Positions 60,538-64,000 of a stretch of 64,000 nt of DNA are shown here, one piece after another. Source of the stretch: Basidiobolus meristosporus CBS 931.73 (lineage: Eukaryota > Fungi > Basidiobolomycota); contig MCFE01000293.1 in the NCBI GenBank assembly GCA_002104905.1, positions 1 to 64,000 of the forward strand, in the 5' to 3' direction. A model generated the notes under the pieces. It ran no database searches. It saw nothing but the letters and a program-made list of their open reading frames with translations, and had not been told where the DNA came from. Each line of letters begins with the position of its first letter. The first letter of the stretch is position 1. A program made the translations under genes and the position numbers.

Positions 60538-61029
60538 GTTTCAAGCTCTCAACAGTAGTTGTGACAGGCTCCTGTAAAAGCTGCTGGTTTTTATCACTGC
60601 CAGGTCCTTCACTGCTGATGTGACAGAGTGCTTCTTGAGTTGCACTATGCTTTTTCCTTGATAAATGTTGTGCTGGTGCATCTGTGTCTGCCTGCTTGTC
60701 CCTAATTGGCACTCTTCCAGCTACATGATGTCTCTTTGACACTTGTCTGGAGCTTTTGGCCCTGCTTGTTATGGGCTCTTGAGGAAGCTGCTGGTTTTTA
60801 GCCATAGCACTCTTGTTCTTCTGCCTTTGATAGTCTCTGCTATTCCTCAGATACTTTCTAAGGACACCAGTGCAGGCCCAAAATCCATTTGCCTGTTTGA
60901 ATCCAGGATAATGCTCATGGAACAAGTGAAGTGCATTCTACCTGGCCTTGAGTTCTTGATGGTCCCATGGTATACCAGCCTTAAGGTGATGACATGCTAA
61001 ACTTCTGACAGCCTCTTGAATTTTAGCGC

Positions 61030-61833
61030 TGTGGTAGGGTAAACATATCTCCCACAGACAAGATTACTCATATAGTCATTATGATATACTTATCCATATT
61101 TTATCTTATCAATATTATCCCATTCTTCTTTTGCCCATATTATCAGTATTATCCCCATATTATGTTTACCCTGATTGGTTATTAGCATTAGTTATCCCAG
61201 ATGTTATTCAGCTTTGTGATCAGTAGATGTATCTATATAAGGCAAGTACCCGCGTCAGTACCTGTGACACATGACCTAGGTCTGTGTTACCATCCCTACC
61301 ATTTCAATACCATATATGGTATTTCTATGTTGCACAGGTTTCAGACTACTGATTCCTGCTTGGTTGAAAGTGCTGTGCCTTTTAGAACCTTCCAGGACAT
61401 TCTTGGCATATTTTTAGCTCATAGTGATGTCATCAAGAATTCCACTGATACCTAGAATCTTCTAGAACCTTGTCATTAGTAATCACTTGGCAATCAGGAA
61501 AAGTATTTAAGGGAAAGCAATCCCTCATCAATAAATCATCCCTTCTATCAGTAACACTTCTACCTTATTGATTAGCAGTTGATCACTGCACCTGCCTTCA
61601 ACAGTAAATCTCAGACCTGCAATCAAGGAGCTTTTCAGGGTAGTGCGCAAGACACACAGAGGCCTTTGGAGACACTTGGAGCACCTAGGAAGCTATAGAA
61701 GCAGGAGCTTTTACCATAGTGGCATATTGACAAAGACAACAGCAGTTTAGACACAGAGGTTATTGCACCCATCAGACACCTCACACACCTTGAGTTGTGT
61801 AGTTTCTCCCAGGAGTACCTCTACACCACCACA
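61030..61833 (+). mobile_element. Solo LTR, family-G-related subfamily (804 bp)
   Basis: TGTGGT...ACCACA with a perfect 4-bp TSD GCGC (61026-61029, 61834-61837). Shares the central AGGCAAGTACCCGCG..CAGTACC block and the 3-prime GAGGTTATTGCACCC block with 6432-7501. Confidence 0.85.
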
Positions 61834-63119
61834 GCGCACTCATCATTATTGCACTCAATGGCTTCATGGATCTTCAATGTTACTGTATCCATTCTCTGCT
61901 CCATCTTGCATGGTGTGTGGAGAATATTGGGCCTTGCTTCACCTTTTGGGAGTTTCCTATGGAGCTGATATGTGGGGAGATAGGAAGACAAGTCAAGTTG
62001 CAGGTACTACCATATCCTAATCTCATTACTTATATTGCCTTCAATTCTGTCATGGATGTGATGAGTTGGCACATAGAGGACAGCCAGGAAGAGTTGGAAG
62101 ATACTGAGGACAAATGTGCACTTGGAGACACCTATGCCTATGACATTAAGAAGCTAAGCAGCCCCAATGTGTGGGTAATCAGCTAAGTAATGCAAAGATG
62201 AGTTGGGTGCAACAAGTAGCTGATTTCTATTAAGAAGACTCTAACAAGGTTTGCCGGATTTCTCTTTGTTACAAGCCAACTTCTACACCATTCAATACAG
62301 AATTTGCACAAACAAAAGCCAGAGCACACATACAAGGGGGATTTGAGTCCAGCTGGGAGAAGGAATATATTGGCTAAATACCAAGAAGCTCTTTGTGTAT
62401 ATTCAGGAGGTATTCATAGCAGAAGTGGCAACAATCTAGTATATGTTTACTAGGTGTATATGTTACCAGCAATACAGGGTATATGACAACTTTGCAAGTA
62501 TCACACCGAAAAGCTGTAAAGTTGAGGTGATAGAAGTATGTCAATTATGACAGATGTGCATGTTGGTAGAGGTTAGTCAGCAGGAGGCTATATTTTTTTA
62601 ATTGAACTATATGTGGAATACCCAAGCTAGCAGTTGGTAAGCAAATAAACGGGGGGTGATTCATCAGCGGAATATATCAGTTGCACAAGGGGAGGTAGAA
62701 AAAGGAAGTACCATTTGGTAAGTGGGTACAGTGGCAATATACAGAACCAGCTGTAGGCCATCATATTGCCAATGTAATGCCATTAGAGCAAAATTACCAT
62801 TACATCAAAAAACCGTCAAGTTTCTTGCCATTTAAGGCAATTGGATGTCCTGGCTGGTTGGATCCACTTAAAATAGTTGTAGAGCGCTAAAAGACCGCAA
62901 AAACACCTTGCAATTTTTGTCACAGCACCAATCAAAAATTGTCAAGTTTGATCCCTATATTTGGTAGTAAGATTAGCAAAACACTGTTGTGATCTCATGA
63001 TGAAATTGTCAAGAGGGTCACTAATTCCAAGTTGCTGGTTCTATGACAGTCTCTTGATGGGATCCTGAAGGCTGATCCAGATTGGATCTGCATGTGGGAC
63101 CAAATATTTTTTCATAGGG

Positions 63120-64000
63120 TACTTGGGTTTTGTCATTACTCTAATGTGAATGGGAGCAAAGCCACATGCTTGTCAAAGGAAACCTATTGAGCTGCAATCC
63201 CCAACAAAGTTGGGGTCTTAACCGAAGTATGTGCCAGGATTAGTGTCCTTAGAGATGACAATGTATTAAAGCTTCCAAAGACAAAACAGCTGTACACTCT
63301 ACTTGCAGGGACCTGATAAGAATGCAGCTGAGATCAATAGTTACAAAGACAAAATGTCATCTCTGCATGTACAAGAACAAATTGTGAAGGAATCAAATAT
63401 ATATGAATAGATGCCTACTTTAAGCATTCCTCCCAAGTAATGCCTTCCTGGTTGGTTGGCTGACAGCAGAGCCTTGTGAGAGTGTCCTGTGGTCTGGACC
63501 AGACGTTTACATAGCAGCAGGTAGCAGTGATCTCACTACTTAACAAGTTGGTATATTAATAAAGTGGATGAAGGCTTATTGTTGGGGACTGCCTTCTCTG
63601 TGTACTTTTGTCACTGGTTAAGTGATTACTAATTATGGTGCTCCAGAAAGTTCCAGAGATCAACAGAATTCTTAGTGACATCAAACTGAGCAAAGATTGC
63701 TCTAAGTAGATGCCAGAAGACTCTAAGAGGCACAGCACCTGCAACTAATCAGGGTTCAGTACTTTAAGACATGTATACAACAGGGTTACAATGTATGGAA
63801 CAGAAATAGTATGAATAGTGTCATGCTTTGGTCATATGCCAGAGGTTCTGGTGTGGGTGCTTGCCTAATATAGCAGCACTTACATCTAGTAATATGACAT
63901 AAAGTGAGGAATAGCTTATGCAATAAAGTAAGCAGGTATTATTGTTATCTGGTGTATGAGATAGTACTGACCAGATAAGATAATACAATAAAACTAAGAT
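63120..64000 (-). repeat. Family-G LTR fragment, cut by the CACTA end at 63119 and running off the window
   Basis: Collinear with ~10390-11270. Confidence 0.8.

Larger units (their letters stand above)
57610..63119 (+). mobile_element. CMC/CACTA copy 3, internally deleted and rearranged
   Basis: Left terminus CCCTTTGAGAG.. (degenerate CCCTATGAAAA) at 57610. Accessory ORF on - (59330-61850), transposase C-terminal part on + (61866-62186), right terminus TTTTTTCATAGGG at 63119. Confidence 0.85.

Noticed and set aside
1-64000. CRISPR arrays, rRNA, tRNA or snRNA genes
   Set aside because: No regularly spaced short direct repeats or recognisable structural RNA sequences seen; the repeats are TE-derived.

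Overview
Fungal genomic DNA (spliceosomal GT-AG introns, VPS13, a DUF3020 protein, a cAMP-receptor-like GPCR). An early-diverging lineage is my impression only. The window has three compartments. (1) ~1-16.8 kb and (3) ~43.2-64 kb are strongly CpG-depleted stacks of nested transposons. They contain three copies of a CMC/CACTA element with CCCTATG termini, one PHIS (PIF/Harbinger-ISL2EU-like) element with an intact DDE ORF, two full-length but degenerate Ty1/copia elements plus a copia remnant, and solo LTRs of four families. (2) ~16.8-43.2 kb is a CpG-normal gene island with no recognisable TE: GPCR (+), then rolling-stone-like, DUF3020, VPS13, a TFIIIC subunit-6-like gene and a Nif1/Dsf2-like Sel1 protein (all -). 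Most interesting signals: a ~1 kb solo-LTR family whose 4-bp target sites all reconstruct to a CpG-centred tetramer (ACGC, CCGT, GCGC, plus one flank), unlike the 5-bp CpG-free TSDs of the other LTR families; and an intact transposase ORF with no CpG in 885 nt and every Arg encoded AGR, inside an element whose other ORF is CpG-rich and decayed. Identities were judged by eye and no searches were run.
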